A stretch of DNA of 64,000 bases from an uncultured Elusimicrobia bacterium (lineage in GTDB: Bacteria > Elusimicrobiota > Endomicrobiia > DTEH01), in assembly GCA_964508565.1 (NCBI GenBank), contig CAZDUB010000006.1:10647-74646 (forward strand), written 5' to 3'. Position 1 is the first letter of the stretch. Each line of letters starts with the position of its first letter. Below, piece after piece: positions 38,569 through 49,922 of the stretch. Under the pieces are notes generated by a model that saw nothing but the letters and a program-made list of their open reading frames with translations, ran no database searches and was not told the origin of the DNA. Both the position numbers and the translations under genes were made by a program.

Positions 38569-39603
38569 ATGTCTAAAGAAGAAAAACTTAAAGCTTTAAG
38601 TTTAGCTATATCACAAATAGAAAAAGAATACGGTAAAGAAGCAATCGTAAAGCTTGGTGAAAAGAAAAAACTTGAAGTAGAAGTTATACCAACAGGGATT
38701 TTATCTTTAGATTTAGCTTTAGGAGTTGGAGGAGTACCTAAAGGAAGAGTAATAGAAATCTTTGGTCCAGAAGCTTCTGGAAAGACAACCTTAGCTTTAA
38801 CAATTGCTGCTGAAGCACAAAAGCAAGGTGGAATAGCAGCAATGATAGATGCAGAACATGCTTTTGACCCAAATTTTGCAAAAAAATTAGGAGTGGATGT
38901 AGAAAATCTCTATGTTTCACAACCTGATTATGGAGAACAGGCTTTAGAAATAGCGGAAACACTTGTTAGAAGTGGGGCAGTAGATGTTGTTATAGTAGAT
39001 TCTGTTGCAGCGCTTGTTCCTAAAGCTGAAATAGAAGGGGAGATGGGAGAAGCACAGATCGGTCTACAAGCACGACTTATGTCTCAAGCATTAAGAAAGC
39101 TTACTGCTGCTGTAAGCAAATCCAAATCAATTATAATATTTATTAACCAAATTAGACAAAAAATAGGAGTGATGTTTGGTTCTCCTGAAACAACAACAGG
39201 TGGTTTAGCATTAAAATTCTACGCTTCTGTGAGATTAGAGGTAAGAAAAACAGATATTATTCGAGTAGGCGATGAAGTTGTAGGATATTGGGTTAAAGTT
39301 AAAGTTGCCAAAAACAAAGTAGCCCCTCCTTTTAAAGAAGCTACATATGAATTTTATTTTGACAGCGGGATAGATAGGTTGGGATGTTTATTAGATGTAG
39401 CGGTGGAGGAAGGTATAATAGAAAAAGCAGGTTCTTGGTATACTTACAAAAACGAAAAATTAGGGCAAGGAAGGGAACAAGTAAAGAATTACTTAAAGTC
39501 TAATTTAGAATTAGCAAAAGAAATAGAGTCTTCTTTAAGAGCTAAGTTTAATATTCAGCAAACTTCTGCAGTAGAAGAAAAACAACAAGAAAAGAAAAAA
39601 TAA
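38569..39603 (+). CDS. recA: Recombinase RecA
   Basis: [49 protein letters not shown]; AGGAGG RBS. Confidence 0.99.
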   Translation: MSKEEKLKALSLAISQIEKEYGKEAIVKLGEKKKLEVEVIPTGILSLDLALGVGGVPKGRVIEIFGPEASGKTTLALTIAAEAQKQGGIAAMIDAEHAFDPNFAKKLGVDVENLYVSQPDYGEQALEIAETLVRSGAVDVVIVDSVAALVPKAEIEGEMGEAQIGLQARLMSQALRKLTAAVSKSKSIIIFINQIRQKIGVMFGSPETTTGGLALKFYASVRLEVRKTDIIRVGDEVVGYWVKVKVAKNKVAPPFKEATYEFYFDSGIDRLGCLLDVAVEEGIIEKAGSWYTYKNEKLGQGREQVKNYLKSNLELAKEIESSLRAKFNIQQTSAVEEKQQEKKK

Positions 39604-39615
39604 AGTTTAAATTCT

Positions 39616-41544
39616 TTGATGAGAATTTTAATCATATCTCATACTTTTCCTTATCCACCAAACGAAGGGATAAAACTTCCTTTATACAATTTAATAAAGG
39701 AATTTTCATTGCAAAGCGAAGTGTATCTTTTAAGTTTCATCTTAAAAGATGAATTAAAGTTTATAGATGAAATAAAGAAATATTGCAAAAAAATTGAAAC
39801 TGTAGAATTTGCTCCTCCAATGAGTAGCTTAAAGCGTTTTATTAATTTATTTGAGGCTTTGCCTTTTAATGTAAAACAATTTTATAGTCAAATTTTTAAA
39901 AATAAACTTGTTCAATTGATAGAAGAGAACACCATAGATATTGTATTTTTTGATTTTTTAACAACTGCTCTATATAGTAAATTTGTACAAAAAACAAATG
40001 TTAAATTCTTACACTATCATGATGCTATGAGTATGTTATTTTATAGAAATTCATTAGTTGAAAGAAATTTAATAAAAAAATCTTATTGGTACTTGCAGTA
40101 TAAAAAGCTCTTAAAGTTTGAAAATAATTTTAATGAAATGTTTGACAAAATTACAGTAGTTGCTCCAAAAGATAAATATTGGTTGGTAAATAATTCAAAA
40201 ATTCTTGAACAAAAAATTGAAATTATTCCAAACGGAGTAGATATTGGATATTTTGCTCCTTTTAGTAAAGAGAGAATTTTAGAATTAAAAAAAAGATACA
40301 AAATACATTCCCCATCTTTACTTTTTCGCGGAATAATGAACTTTCAACCTAATATAGATGCCTGTGTATGGTTTATTGAAAAAGTTTTTCCGCTGATTAA
40401 AAAAGAAATTCCTGAGATAAAACTCTATATAGTAGGGCCTAATCCTCCAGCCAAGCTTTTTAAACATAGTGGTCAAGATATAATTATTACTGGATATGTA
40501 GATGACATAAGAGTATATATAGCTTGCTGTGATATAAATATTGCTCCAATGATTAGCGGTTCTGGTATAAAAAATAAAGTGCTTGAAGCAATGGCAATTG
40601 GAAAACCTTCCGTTGTTAGTTCTATTGTAAAAGAAGGAATGCCTGAACTTGAAAACAATTTTAATGTATTATTTGCAGATACTCCGGAAGAATTTGTAAG
40701 ACAAATAAAGTTGTTATTGAATAACAAAGGACTCTATAATAAAATTTCCCAAAATTCTATAAAAACAATTTTAGAAAAATATACTTGGAAGAGTGCGTCA
40801 AAAAAATTTATGGATTTATTTAATGAGGAAATTCAAAAAAGAAAAGTTAAAAGAATCTCAATAATAATTCCTGCTTATAATGAATATAACACAATTTGTG
40901 ATGTATTAAAAAAAGTAAACGAAGTAGACTACGGAATAGAGAAAGAAATTATAGTTGTAAATGATGGTTCTACAGATTCTACTGCTGATAAAGTGAAGCA
41001 GCTTATAAATGAGGGATATCCAATTAAATTAATTTCTCATCAGAAAAATTGTGGAAAAGGTACTGCAATAAAAACTGGTATAAAAAACTCTACTGGCGAT
41101 GTTGTTGCTATTCAAGATGCTGACTTAGAATATAATCCAGAAGAAATTAAGTTTTTGCTTGAACCCATATTAAATAAAAAAAGTTTAGTAGCATATGGCT
41201 CCAGATTTTTAAAACCAAATCCTGTGATTTATAAAAAATACTACTTAGGCAATAAAATAATCAGTAAGTTTATAAGTTTACTTTTTAAAAGAAAAGTTAC
41301 AGATTCCTATACATGTTATAAAGTTTTTCATAAAAAGGCTTTAGAAAACATTGTTTTAAAAAGTAAAGGGTTTGAAATAGAAGCAGAACTTACTTGCAAG
41401 TTTTTAAAAAAAGGTTATGATATTCTTGAACTACCTATTAGTTATTCACCAAGAACTTTACAACAAGGTAAAAAAATCAAATTTAAAGATGCAGTTAAAG
41501 GTTTCTTAACAATATTAGCTAATAAGTTTTCTTTAGCCGATTGA
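39616..41544 (+). CDS. Fused GT4 + GT2 (DPM1-like) glycosyltransferase
   Basis: N-half FRGIMNFQPNID, GSGIKNKVLEAMAIGKP. C-half IIIPAYNE, VNDGSTD, QDADLEYNP, DSYTCYK, GFEIEAELT. Confidence 0.88.
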   Translation: MMRILIISHTFPYPPNEGIKLPLYNLIKEFSLQSEVYLLSFILKDELKFIDEIKKYCKKIETVEFAPPMSSLKRFINLFEALPFNVKQFYSQIFKNKLVQLIEENTIDIVFFDFLTTALYSKFVQKTNVKFLHYHDAMSMLFYRNSLVERNLIKKSYWYLQYKKLLKFENNFNEMFDKITVVAPKDKYWLVNNSKILEQKIEIIPNGVDIGYFAPFSKERILELKKRYKIHSPSLLFRGIMNFQPNIDACVWFIEKVFPLIKKEIPEIKLYIVGPNPPAKLFKHSGQDIIITGYVDDIRVYIACCDINIAPMISGSGIKNKVLEAMAIGKPSVVSSIVKEGMPELENNFNVLFADTPEEFVRQIKLLLNNKGLYNKISQNSIKTILEKYTWKSASKKFMDLFNEEIQKRKVKRISIIIPAYNEYNTICDVLKKVNEVDYGIEKEIIVVNDGSTDSTADKVKQLINEGYPIKLISHQKNCGKGTAIKTGIKNSTGDVVAIQDADLEYNPEEIKFLLEPILNKKSLVAYGSRFLKPNPVIYKKYYLGNKIISKFISLLFKRKVTDSYTCYKVFHKKALENIVLKSKGFEIEAELTCKFLKKGYDILELPISYSPRTLQQGKKIKFKDAVKGFLTILANKFSLAD

Positions 41545-41562
41545 TATTTTGGAGATATTATT

Positions 41563-43461
41563 ATGTGTGGTATTTGTGGGATAGTAAATTTTAACACATT
41601 ATCTATAGATCAACAAAAATTAAAAAAAATGTGTGCTGTTTTGTTTCATAGAGGGCCGGATGAAGAAGGCTTTTACTTTGATAGCCAAGTGGGATTTGGA
41701 ATGCGTCGTTTAGCAATAATAGATCTTATAACTGGACACCAACCAATTCATAACGAAGAACAAACAGTTTGGATTATATGCAATGGTGAAATTTACAACT
41801 TCTTGGAACTTCGTAAAGAACTTGAGATAAAACATCATAAGTTTTATACAAACACAGATGTGGAAGTAATAGTCCATTTATATGAAGAATACGGAATAAA
41901 TTGTGTTAACTACCTAAGAGGAATGTTTGCTTTTGCTTTGTGGGATAAAAAAATAAAAAAATTGTTTTTGGTAAGAGATAGAATTGGTAAAAAACCTTTA
42001 TTTTATTGTTTTAGAAACGGAATGTTACTTTTTGCTTCAGAAATAAAGTCTATACTTGAATACTTAGATTCTACTCCTGAAATAAATCTAAATGCAATAG
42101 ACTATTTCTTAACTTATCAGTATATCCCTCAACCTATAACAATTTTTAAGGATATATACAAACTTCCAGCCGCTTCATATATGGTTTGTGATATGAAAGG
42201 CAACTATCAGATAAAAAAATATTGGGAGGTTGATTTTAGAAAAAAATTAAACATTAGCTTTGAAGATGCAAAATACAAAATAAAACAAATTTTAACTGAA
42301 GCTACAAGGTTACGATTAATAAGTGATGTCCCAATAGGTGCTTTCTTATCTGGTGGACATGATTCAAGTATAATAGTTGGGTTGATGGCTGAGAATTTGC
42401 AACAGAAGGTAAAGACATTTTCTGTTGGATTTAAAGAGCAGAATTTTTCAGAATTAAGATATGCTAGAATTGTAGCAAAACATTTTGGTACTGAACATAC
42501 AGAAATAATTGTAGAACCAAATATGGTAGAAATCTTGCCAAAACTTGTTTGGTTTTATGACCAACCATTCGCGGATACATCAATGATCCCATCCTATTAT
42601 GTGTCAAATGTGACAAGAAAATATGTCAAAGTTGCATTAAATGGTGATGGAGGAGATGAAAACTTTTGTGGATATTTAAGATATCAAGCTATGAAATTGG
42701 CTTCGTTATTTCCATTTGAAGTTTTTGACAGCAGCTTATATGTTACATTAAGCAAACTTATTCCGAATCTAAAAGTTTCTTTTATAAAAAACAAACTTAG
42801 ATATTTTAAAAGGTTTCTTACAGCTTTAGGATATCCAACTCCAACAAGACAAGTTATTTGGCATTGTTTTTTTACTAACGAACTTAAAAATTTTATATAT
42901 TCTAGATATATGAAAGAAAATGTAAAACAAAATGTTTATAACTATTTGATTGATACATATTATAAAGCAAAAGCTTATGATATAATAGACAAAATTTCTT
43001 ATATAGATATTAACACATATCTACCAGAGGATTTACTTGTTAAAATGGATATCGCTTCTATGGCAAATTCACTTGAAGCGCGTTCACCTTTTTTGGACCA
43101 TGTTTTATTTGAGTTTACAGCACAAATCCCATCTAACTGGAAGCTGAAATATGGATTTAAAACGAAATATATCTTAAAAGAAGCATTTAAAAATTTTTTA
43201 CCAAAAGAAATAATAAAAAGACCAAAACAAGGTTTTGGACTTCCTATTAGTAAGTGGTTAAAAGAAGATTTAAAAGAGTATGTTAAAGATATATTGTTTT
43301 CTGAAAAGTTTGCAAAAAGAGGGTTATTTGAACAAAAAAAAGTTGAATTTTTAGTAAACAGGCACTTTTCAGGAAAAGAAGACCATGGATATAGAATATT
43401 TGCTTTAATAGTTTTAGAGTTGTGGTTTAGGGTATATATTGACAAGGAGATAAAATTTTAA
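41563..43461 (+). CDS. asnB: Asparagine synthase-like glutamine amidotransferase (polysaccharide-associated AsnB)
   Basis: MCGICG, HRGPD, CNGEIYN, RDRIGKKPL, FLSGGHDSS, GDGGDE, SLEARSPFLD. Confidence 0.93.
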   Translation: MCGICGIVNFNTLSIDQQKLKKMCAVLFHRGPDEEGFYFDSQVGFGMRRLAIIDLITGHQPIHNEEQTVWIICNGEIYNFLELRKELEIKHHKFYTNTDVEVIVHLYEEYGINCVNYLRGMFAFALWDKKIKKLFLVRDRIGKKPLFYCFRNGMLLFASEIKSILEYLDSTPEINLNAIDYFLTYQYIPQPITIFKDIYKLPAASYMVCDMKGNYQIKKYWEVDFRKKLNISFEDAKYKIKQILTEATRLRLISDVPIGAFLSGGHDSSIIVGLMAENLQQKVKTFSVGFKEQNFSELRYARIVAKHFGTEHTEIIVEPNMVEILPKLVWFYDQPFADTSMIPSYYVSNVTRKYVKVALNGDGGDENFCGYLRYQAMKLASLFPFEVFDSSLYVTLSKLIPNLKVSFIKNKLRYFKRFLTALGYPTPTRQVIWHCFFTNELKNFIYSRYMKENVKQNVYNYLIDTYYKAKAYDIIDKISYIDINTYLPEDLLVKMDIASMANSLEARSPFLDHVLFEFTAQIPSNWKLKYGFKTKYILKEAFKNFLPKEIIKRPKQGFGLPISKWLKEDLKEYVKDILFSEKFAKRGLFEQKKVEFLVNRHFSGKEDHGYRIFALIVLELWFRVYIDKEIKF

Positions 43462-43479
43462 ATATAAGGAGGTTTTGCT

Positions 43480-43671
43480 ATGCCAATAATAAGAGTAGAA
43501 ATGTGGGAAGGGAGAGATACACAAACGAAAAAAAATTTAGTAGAAAAGTTAACTCAAGTTACATCTGAAGTACTAAACTGTCCAAAACAAGCAGTAACAA
43601 TTGTTATTTATGATATACCTAAACATAATTGGGCACAAGAAGGTAAACTTGCATCAGAACAATCCAAATGA
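43480..43671 (+). CDS. 4-oxalocrotonate tautomerase-family protein
   Basis: 63 aa, Pro-1 (MPII), GR.....K..LV, HNWAQEG; GGAGG RBS. Confidence 0.9.
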   Translation: MPIIRVEMWEGRDTQTKKNLVEKLTQVTSEVLNCPKQAVTIVIYDIPKHNWAQEGKLASEQSK

Positions 43672-44765
43672 AAAAAGACGAAGTTTATATTAAAAGATGT
43701 TTTGAGTTAGCTAAAAAAGCAACAGGATATACATCTCCTAACCCTTTGGTTGGATGTGTTATAGTATGCAACAATAAAATAATTGCTGAGGGCTATCATA
43801 CTGCTTTTGGTAAGCCCCATGCTGAAGTAGAAGCAATCAATGACGCTATAAAAAATGGGTACAAAGATTTACTAAAAAAAGCTACCTTATATGTAAACTT
43901 GGAGCCGTGTTCTCATTGGGGTAAAACTCCTCCTTGTGTAGATAAAATAATAGAAGTAGGGATAAAAAGAGTTGTCTGTTCAATGATAGATCCTAACCCG
44001 TTGGTAAAGGGAAAAGGAATAAAAAAATTGCTTTCTAAAAGAATAGAATGTAAAGTTGGAGTTTTAGAAGAAGAAGCGAAAGAATTAAATAAGTTTTATA
44101 TAAAGTGGATAACAAAAAAACTTCCATATGTAACAATAAAGATGGCTTCTACCTTTGATGGTAAAGTCGCTACAAAAAAGGGAGAATCTAAATGGATAAG
44201 TAATAGATATTCTAGGTATTATGTACACAAACTAAGAAGTGAGTACGATGCTGTGCTGGTAGGAATAAATACAGTAGTTGTTGATAATCCAAAGTTGACA
44301 ACTCATGGACAAGGTAGAAATCCTGTAAGAATTATAGTGGGCAATCTAAAAAACTTAAAATACGCACATAAGAAATATAATGTCTTTGATGATAAAGTTA
44401 AAACCATAATTTTTACAGATGAAGAAAATTCAAATTTTGCTAAAATAAGATTTAGTAATACTTATTTTTATTTTTACTCTAGAGAAATAAAATTTAAAGA
44501 TATCTTTTCAAAGTTAGCAAAAGACCATAATGTTAGTTCTGTATTAGTTGAGGGAGGTCCTAATACAGTTTGGAGGATTTTAGATGAGAAGCTAGCAGAT
44601 GATATAATTTTGTTTGTTGCTCCAAAAATATTTGGAGGAATAAATTCCAAAACATGGGTAGAAGGAGAAGGAGTAGAACGAATTACTAAAGCAATAAATG
44701 TTGAGTTTATAAATATTGAAAGTATGTATGGAGATTTGATAATAAAGGCAAAAATATTGTCTTAG
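43668..44765 (+). CDS. ribD: Riboflavin biosynthesis deaminase/reductase RibD
   Basis: PNPLVGCVIV, HAEVEA, LEPCSHWGKTPPC, SKWIS, LVEGG. Confidence 0.96.
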   Translation: MKKDEVYIKRCFELAKKATGYTSPNPLVGCVIVCNNKIIAEGYHTAFGKPHAEVEAINDAIKNGYKDLLKKATLYVNLEPCSHWGKTPPCVDKIIEVGIKRVVCSMIDPNPLVKGKGIKKLLSKRIECKVGVLEEEAKELNKFYIKWITKKLPYVTIKMASTFDGKVATKKGESKWISNRYSRYYVHKLRSEYDAVLVGINTVVVDNPKLTTHGQGRNPVRIIVGNLKNLKYAHKKYNVFDDKVKTIIFTDEENSNFAKIRFSNTYFYFYSREIKFKDIFSKLAKDHNVSSVLVEGGPNTVWRILDEKLADDIILFVAPKIFGGINSKTWVEGEGVERITKAINVEFINIESMYGDLIIKAKILS

Positions 44766-44782
44766 TGTAAAATAGAAAGATT

Positions 44783-45406
44783 ATGTTTACAGGGATAATA
44801 GAAGAAGTAGCTGAAATAAAAGAAATAACTTCAGATAAATTAGTTATTAAATCCACTCTTGAGGAACTTAAAATTGGAGATAGCATTGCTGTAAATGGAG
44901 TTTGTCTTACGATTGTGGATTTAAAAAAAGTTGATAAACTTTTAGAATTTTCTGTTAATATATCAACAGAAACATTAAATAAAACAAACTTGAAATTTTT
45001 AAAATCAACACATAAAGTTAACTTGGAAAGACCGCTAAAAATAAACGGTCGTTTACATGGCCACATTGTTACTGGACATGTGGATACTATTATACAATTA
45101 CAAAAAATTGATAAAGAAAACTTTTATTTTAGTTTACCAGATGGAGATTACGAAAAATATATTGTAGAAAAGGGCTCAGTTGCTTTAGACGGTATAAGTT
45201 TAACCGTAGCTAAGAAATTTAAAGATAGTTTTAGTGTAGCTGTAATACCTTTTACTCTAAATAACACAAATTTGAAATTTAGAAAAGTAGGAGATTACAT
45301 AAACTTAGAAGTTGACATTTTAGCGAAATATGTTGAGAATATCCTTAAGAAAAATAAAGGCTCTAATATAGATTTAGATTTTCTAAAACAACATGGTTTT
45401 GCTTAA
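44783..45406 (+). CDS. ribE: Riboflavin synthase (alpha chain)
   Basis: [49 protein letters not shown]. Confidence 0.96.
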   Translation: MFTGIIEEVAEIKEITSDKLVIKSTLEELKIGDSIAVNGVCLTIVDLKKVDKLLEFSVNISTETLNKTNLKFLKSTHKVNLERPLKINGRLHGHIVTGHVDTIIQLQKIDKENFYFSLPDGDYEKYIVEKGSVALDGISLTVAKKFKDSFSVAVIPFTLNNTNLKFRKVGDYINLEVDILAKYVENILKKNKGSNIDLDFLKQHGFA

Positions 45407-45411
45407 TAAAT

Positions 45412-46632
45412 ATGAAAAAATTAAAAAATAAAGTTTTTGCAACAATCCCAGAAGCCATAAAGGAGATTAAAAAAGGCAGACCAGTGATAGTAGTTGATGA
45501 CCCAGACAGAGAAAATGAAGGAGATGTTGTAATCCCCGCCGAAAAAGTAACTCCATATTGGATAAATTTTATGGCAAAATATGCAAGAGGGTTAATTTGT
45601 GTTGCTCTTCCAGAAGAAAGACTTGTAAAACTTAAAATATACCCAATGGTTGACAATCCTGACTTACCACATGAAGCGGCTTTCGCTGTATCTGTAGATG
45701 CAAAAGAGGGAGTAACTACAGGTATTTCTGCTTATGATAGAGCTACTACTATTAAAAAATTAATAGATCCTTCAGCAAAACCTGAAGATTTTGCTCGTCC
45801 TGGCCATGTATTTCCGTTGATATATAAAGAAGGAGGAGTTTTAGTTCGGGCTGGTCACACAGAAGCTTCAGTTGATTTAGCAAAGCTTGCTGGTTTATAC
45901 CCAGCGGGAGTGATTTGTGAAATAATGAACGAAGACGGTACTATGGCAAGATTACCTGAACTTGTTAAGTTCGCAAGAAAACATAAGTTAAAAATTATAA
46001 CTATTAGTGATCTTATAAAATATCGTAGAACCACAGAAAAACTTGTAAAAAAAATTGTCACTACCAATTTGCCTACCAAATATGGAAATTTTAAACTATA
46101 TGTATATCAAAACATCATAACTAAGGAACACCATTTAGCATTAGTAAGTGGAAAAATAAATCAAAGAAAAGAAATATTAGTTAGAGTACATTCTTCTTGT
46201 CTTACAGGAGATATACTTCATTCATTAAGATGTGATTGCGGTTTCCAGTTAGAAGAAGCACTTAAAAAAATAGGAAAAGAGGGTGGAGTACTTTTATATC
46301 TACATCAAGAGGGAAGAGGTATCGGTTTAGTTAATAAACTCAAAGCGTATAATTTGCAAGATAAAGGACTCGATACGGTAGAGGCAAACATAAAATTAGG
46401 TTTTCCTCCAGATTTGCGTGATTATGGGATAGGTGCTCAAATACTTGCGGATTTAGGAGTAAAAAAAATTAGACTGTTAACAAACAATCCAAGAAAAATT
46501 GTTGGATTGGAAGGATATGGAATTAAAATAGTAGAAAGAATACCAATAGAAATCCCTCCTATTAGTAAATATATGAAGAAATATCTTAAAGCAAAAAAAT
46601 ATAGACTTGGACACTGGTTGAAACACATTTAG
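45412..46632 (+). CDS. ribBA: Bifunctional DHBP synthase / GTP cyclohydrolase II
   Basis: [49 protein letters not shown]. Confidence 0.97.
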   Translation: MKKLKNKVFATIPEAIKEIKKGRPVIVVDDPDRENEGDVVIPAEKVTPYWINFMAKYARGLICVALPEERLVKLKIYPMVDNPDLPHEAAFAVSVDAKEGVTTGISAYDRATTIKKLIDPSAKPEDFARPGHVFPLIYKEGGVLVRAGHTEASVDLAKLAGLYPAGVICEIMNEDGTMARLPELVKFARKHKLKIITISDLIKYRRTTEKLVKKIVTTNLPTKYGNFKLYVYQNIITKEHHLALVSGKINQRKEILVRVHSSCLTGDILHSLRCDCGFQLEEALKKIGKEGGVLLYLHQEGRGIGLVNKLKAYNLQDKGLDTVEANIKLGFPPDLRDYGIGAQILADLGVKKIRLLTNNPRKIVGLEGYGIKIVERIPIEIPPISKYMKKYLKAKKYRLGHWLKHI

Positions 46633-46635
46633 AAA

Positions 46636-47781
46636 CTATTTATATTTAATCTGCACAATACTTGATAAAAATGCTGTAAATATTGTTTGTATACCTATTG
46701 CACTGATAATTAAACTTATAATTCCCAATCTTAATTCTTGTAATTCTCCAAAATTGCTCTTAGCCCATATATAAATAATATAAAGTAACCCCAAAATTCC
46801 TATTGTTAATATCAATAATCCAATAAGTAAAATTCTCTCTAAAGTTAAAAAATTCAAAAGTTTTTTTATAAATTTATTTTCTTCTAAATTTATACTATGT
46901 GTGAACGCTTTTGCAGCAAACCATATGTTTAATATTTGCCATCCAACAATTGTAACCACCCCATTGAAGAATAAAACATGTGTACCCCACTGTCTACCAA
47001 ATAAAAATAAATATCCTTTAAAAACAATTATTAAAGATATTATAACAGTCGGTATAAAGAGTAACACTCCAGGAAGAAGAAACAAATAATCTGGACTATA
47101 TAGTAGCATAAATCTTATATGTCTCCAAGCATCTCTAAAAGAAGAGAGTTTTGACTCACCAATTCTTGGATAGTAAGTAATAGGAATTTCAGTTATTTTT
47201 AGCTTTTTCTTTAAAGCGTGAATCACCATCTCTGAAGCAAATTCCATTCCTGTAGTTCTAAGGTTCATTTTTTGATAAGCTTCCTTGGAAAAACCTCTTA
47301 ATCCACAGTGTGCATCAGAAACATTACCCCCAAAAAACAATTTCAACATCCCACTTAATATTGGATTCCCAATATATCTGTGTGACCAACTCATTGCACC
47401 TTTTAAAATTTTACCTTTAAATCTTGAGCCCATTACTAAGTCGTATCCTTCTTGAAGTTTTTCTAAAAACTTTGGAATTTCATAGAAGTCATATGTATTG
47501 TCGGCATCGCCCATTATTATATATTTACCATTAGCATTTTCTATTCCTTTTCTTAAAGCAGCTCCGTATCCTTTTTGTTCTTCAAATAAAAGTATCACAT
47601 CAGGATACTTTTTTATAACTTCTACAGAAGAATCAGTAGAACCGTTATCAACAACGATTATTTCACCAACAATGTTGTTTTTCTTAAAAACATCTTGTAT
47701 TTTTTTTATACAAATCTCTATTGATTTTTCTTCATTTAAACAAGGAATAACAACGGATAGTTCTATGTGATTTTTGTTCAT
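46636..47781 (-). CDS. GT2 polyprenyl-phosphate glycosyltransferase with C-terminal TM helices
   Basis: VVIPCLNEE, VDNGSTD, MGDADNTYD, DAHCGLRGF, GMEFASEM. Confidence 0.88.
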   Translation of the reverse strand: MNKNHIELSVVIPCLNEEKSIEICIKKIQDVFKKNNIVGEIIVVDNGSTDSSVEVIKKYPDVILLFEEQKGYGAALRKGIENANGKYIIMGDADNTYDFYEIPKFLEKLQEGYDLVMGSRFKGKILKGAMSWSHRYIGNPILSGMLKLFFGGNVSDAHCGLRGFSKEAYQKMNLRTTGMEFASEMVIHALKKKLKITEIPITYYPRIGESKLSSFRDAWRHIRFMLLYSPDYLFLLPGVLLFIPTVIISLIIVFKGYLFLFGRQWGTHVLFFNGVVTIVGWQILNIWFAAKAFTHSINLEENKFIKKLLNFLTLERILLIGLLILTIGILGLLYIIYIWAKSNFGELQELRLGIISLIISAIGIQTIFTAFLSSIVQIKYK

Positions 47782-47899
47782 AGAGATTTATATACAATAT
47801 ATACATAAGAAAATCAATTTGTTTGTAAATATTGATTTTAGGATATTAATTAAATAATAAAAACATATTTAAAAAATTTTTATTAGGGGGGCAGAAATT

Positions 47900-48217
47900 A
47901 TGTACAGCGTGATTGAAGTGGGTGGAAAACAATATATAGTAGGAATAGGAGATGTAATAATTACAGAAAAATTAAATTTAGAAAAAAACAGTGAGTATAT
48001 AATAGATAAAGTAATGTTAGTCAAAATGGACGATGGTACCATAAAAATAGGAACCCCTTATGTTGAAAACGCAAAAGTAATAACAGAAGTTGTTGATAAT
48101 GTAAAAAGCAAGAAAGTAATAGTATTAAGAAAAGGAAATCCTAAAAAGAATTGGAGAAGAAAATATGGACATAGACAACAACTAACTATTTTAAAAATAA
48201 AAAATATTGAAGCTTAG
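47900..48217 (+). CDS. rplU: 50S ribosomal protein L21
   Basis: MYSVIEVGGKQY, IGTPYVENAKV, YGHRQ.LT. Confidence 0.95.
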   Translation: MYSVIEVGGKQYIVGIGDVIITEKLNLEKNSEYIIDKVMLVKMDDGTIKIGTPYVENAKVITEVVDNVKSKKVIVLRKGNPKKNWRRKYGHRQQLTILKIKNIEA

Positions 48218-48228
48218 GGGTTAAAGAT

Positions 48229-49917
48229 ATGGATGATATATCTAAATATATTGAAGAAGACATAATACCAGAAGATATTTATCAATATAATCATGAGTTA
48301 AAAGTAGGAGATGTAATAGAGGGCAAAATCATAGAGATTACAGATGAAGGTATTTATGTAGATATAGGTTCTAAAACAGATGGCCTTATTCCTATAGAAG
48401 AATTTGCTAGAACAAAAAATATAGACAAGATTTTTAAACCCCAACAAGTAATAAAAGTTTTCGTAAATAGACTTAATTATGATAATGTGCATCTTTTATC
48501 GTATAAAAGAGCAAAAGAAATAGAATTAGTAGATAAACTTAAAGAGAACTTTGAAAAAAGGGTGCCAATAGATGCTCATATAGTTTCAGTAGTAGATAGG
48601 GGCTACATTATAGACATAGGTGGTGTAGATGCATTTTTACCATTTAATGAAATAAGCAAAGAAGTAAAACAAAAAATTTCAGAAGAAAAGAATATATTAG
48701 ATTCAGACCTTACTTTTAGAGTTATTATAAAAAATTTGGATATCTCACCAGATAAGAGATTAAAAATAACAGCTTCTAATAAATTATATGAAGAAATTGT
48801 TAAAGAAGAACTTAAAGAAAAATTGTTTTCACAAATAAAAGAAGGTGATGAGGTTATTGGCACTGTAAAAACAATAACCAACTTTGGAGCTTTTGTAGAT
48901 ATAAACGGGGTAGATGCATTATTACACATAAGTAACATTGCATGGTATAAACTAAATCATCCGCAAGAAATCTTAAACTGTGGTGATAAAATAAAAGTAA
49001 AAGTTTTAAAAATAGATAAAGAGAAAGGCAAAATAGAAGTTGGACTGAAACAACTTTTTCCACACCCATGGGATGAAGTTGATAAGAAATATAAATTAGG
49101 GGAAGTAATAAAATGTAGAATAACAAACATTACTATTTTTGGAATTTTTGCTGAAGTGGAACCTGGAGTGGAAGGTTTGATACATATTTCAGAAGTTGTT
49201 TGGGGTAACAGAAATATAGATTTAAAGAAAATGTTTAAAATAGGACAAGAAATAGAAGCAAAAATAATAGGTATTAATAAATCTGAAAGAAAAATTTCTT
49301 TATCAATTAAAAAAGCCACTAATAACCCTTGGGAAGATATTAAAAAAGAATATCCTGTAGGAAGTGTTCACAAAGGTAAAATCACAAAGATTACGCCGTA
49401 CAAAATCTATGTATCTATTAAGCCTGGATTTGATGGGGTGATTCATATTTCAGATATTTCGTGGACTAGAAGAAATATAGATTTGCATAAAGAATTTAAA
49501 GTTGGTGATTATATAGAATATAAAATTTTGGATATAATACCAGAACAAGAAATGGCTGTGTTATCTATTAAACATTTAAAGGAAAACCCATATGAAAAAT
49601 ATAAAGTTGATACTATAGTTAAGTGCAAAGTAAAAAAAATCTTACAGAATCTTTTAATTGTAGAAATTGAAAAAGATGTTGAAGGTATAATACATAAAAA
49701 AGAAGCCATCGTTGAACAAAAAGATTTAGGAAAAGATCTTAAATTAATTTATAAACAAGGCCAGGAATTAGATGCTGTTGTAATAGATTCTAATGAAAAA
49801 GCGCGTAGAATTGAGTTGTCTGTTAAGAAACTTGAAAAGATAATACAACAACAGCTAATTAAGAAGTTTTCTGAAGTAAAACTCCCTACATTAGGTGATA
49901 TCCTATCTGAGAAATAG
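48229..49917 (+). CDS. rpsA: 30S ribosomal protein S1
   Basis: Repeated S1 domains (VGDVIEGKI, FGAFVDINGVDALLHIS, EGLIHISE, DGVIHISDISW). Confidence 0.93.
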   Translation: MDDISKYIEEDIIPEDIYQYNHELKVGDVIEGKIIEITDEGIYVDIGSKTDGLIPIEEFARTKNIDKIFKPQQVIKVFVNRLNYDNVHLLSYKRAKEIELVDKLKENFEKRVPIDAHIVSVVDRGYIIDIGGVDAFLPFNEISKEVKQKISEEKNILDSDLTFRVIIKNLDISPDKRLKITASNKLYEEIVKEELKEKLFSQIKEGDEVIGTVKTITNFGAFVDINGVDALLHISNIAWYKLNHPQEILNCGDKIKVKVLKIDKEKGKIEVGLKQLFPHPWDEVDKKYKLGEVIKCRITNITIFGIFAEVEPGVEGLIHISEVVWGNRNIDLKKMFKIGQEIEAKIIGINKSERKISLSIKKATNNPWEDIKKEYPVGSVHKGKITKITPYKIYVSIKPGFDGVIHISDISWTRRNIDLHKEFKVGDYIEYKILDIIPEQEMAVLSIKHLKENPYEKYKVDTIVKCKVKKILQNLLIVEIEKDVEGIIHKKEAIVEQKDLGKDLKLIYKQGQELDAVVIDSNEKARRIELSVKKLEKIIQQQLIKKFSEVKLPTLGDILSEK

Positions 49918-49922
49918 TATAA

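Noticed and set aside
43461-43670. FMN riboswitch upstream of ribD
   Set aside because: No non-coding space and no RFN consensus seen.
47832-47860. Sigma70 promoter for rplU (TTGATT-N17-TAATAA)
   Set aside because: Weak -10 match in a nearly pure AT gap; such matches are expected by chance.
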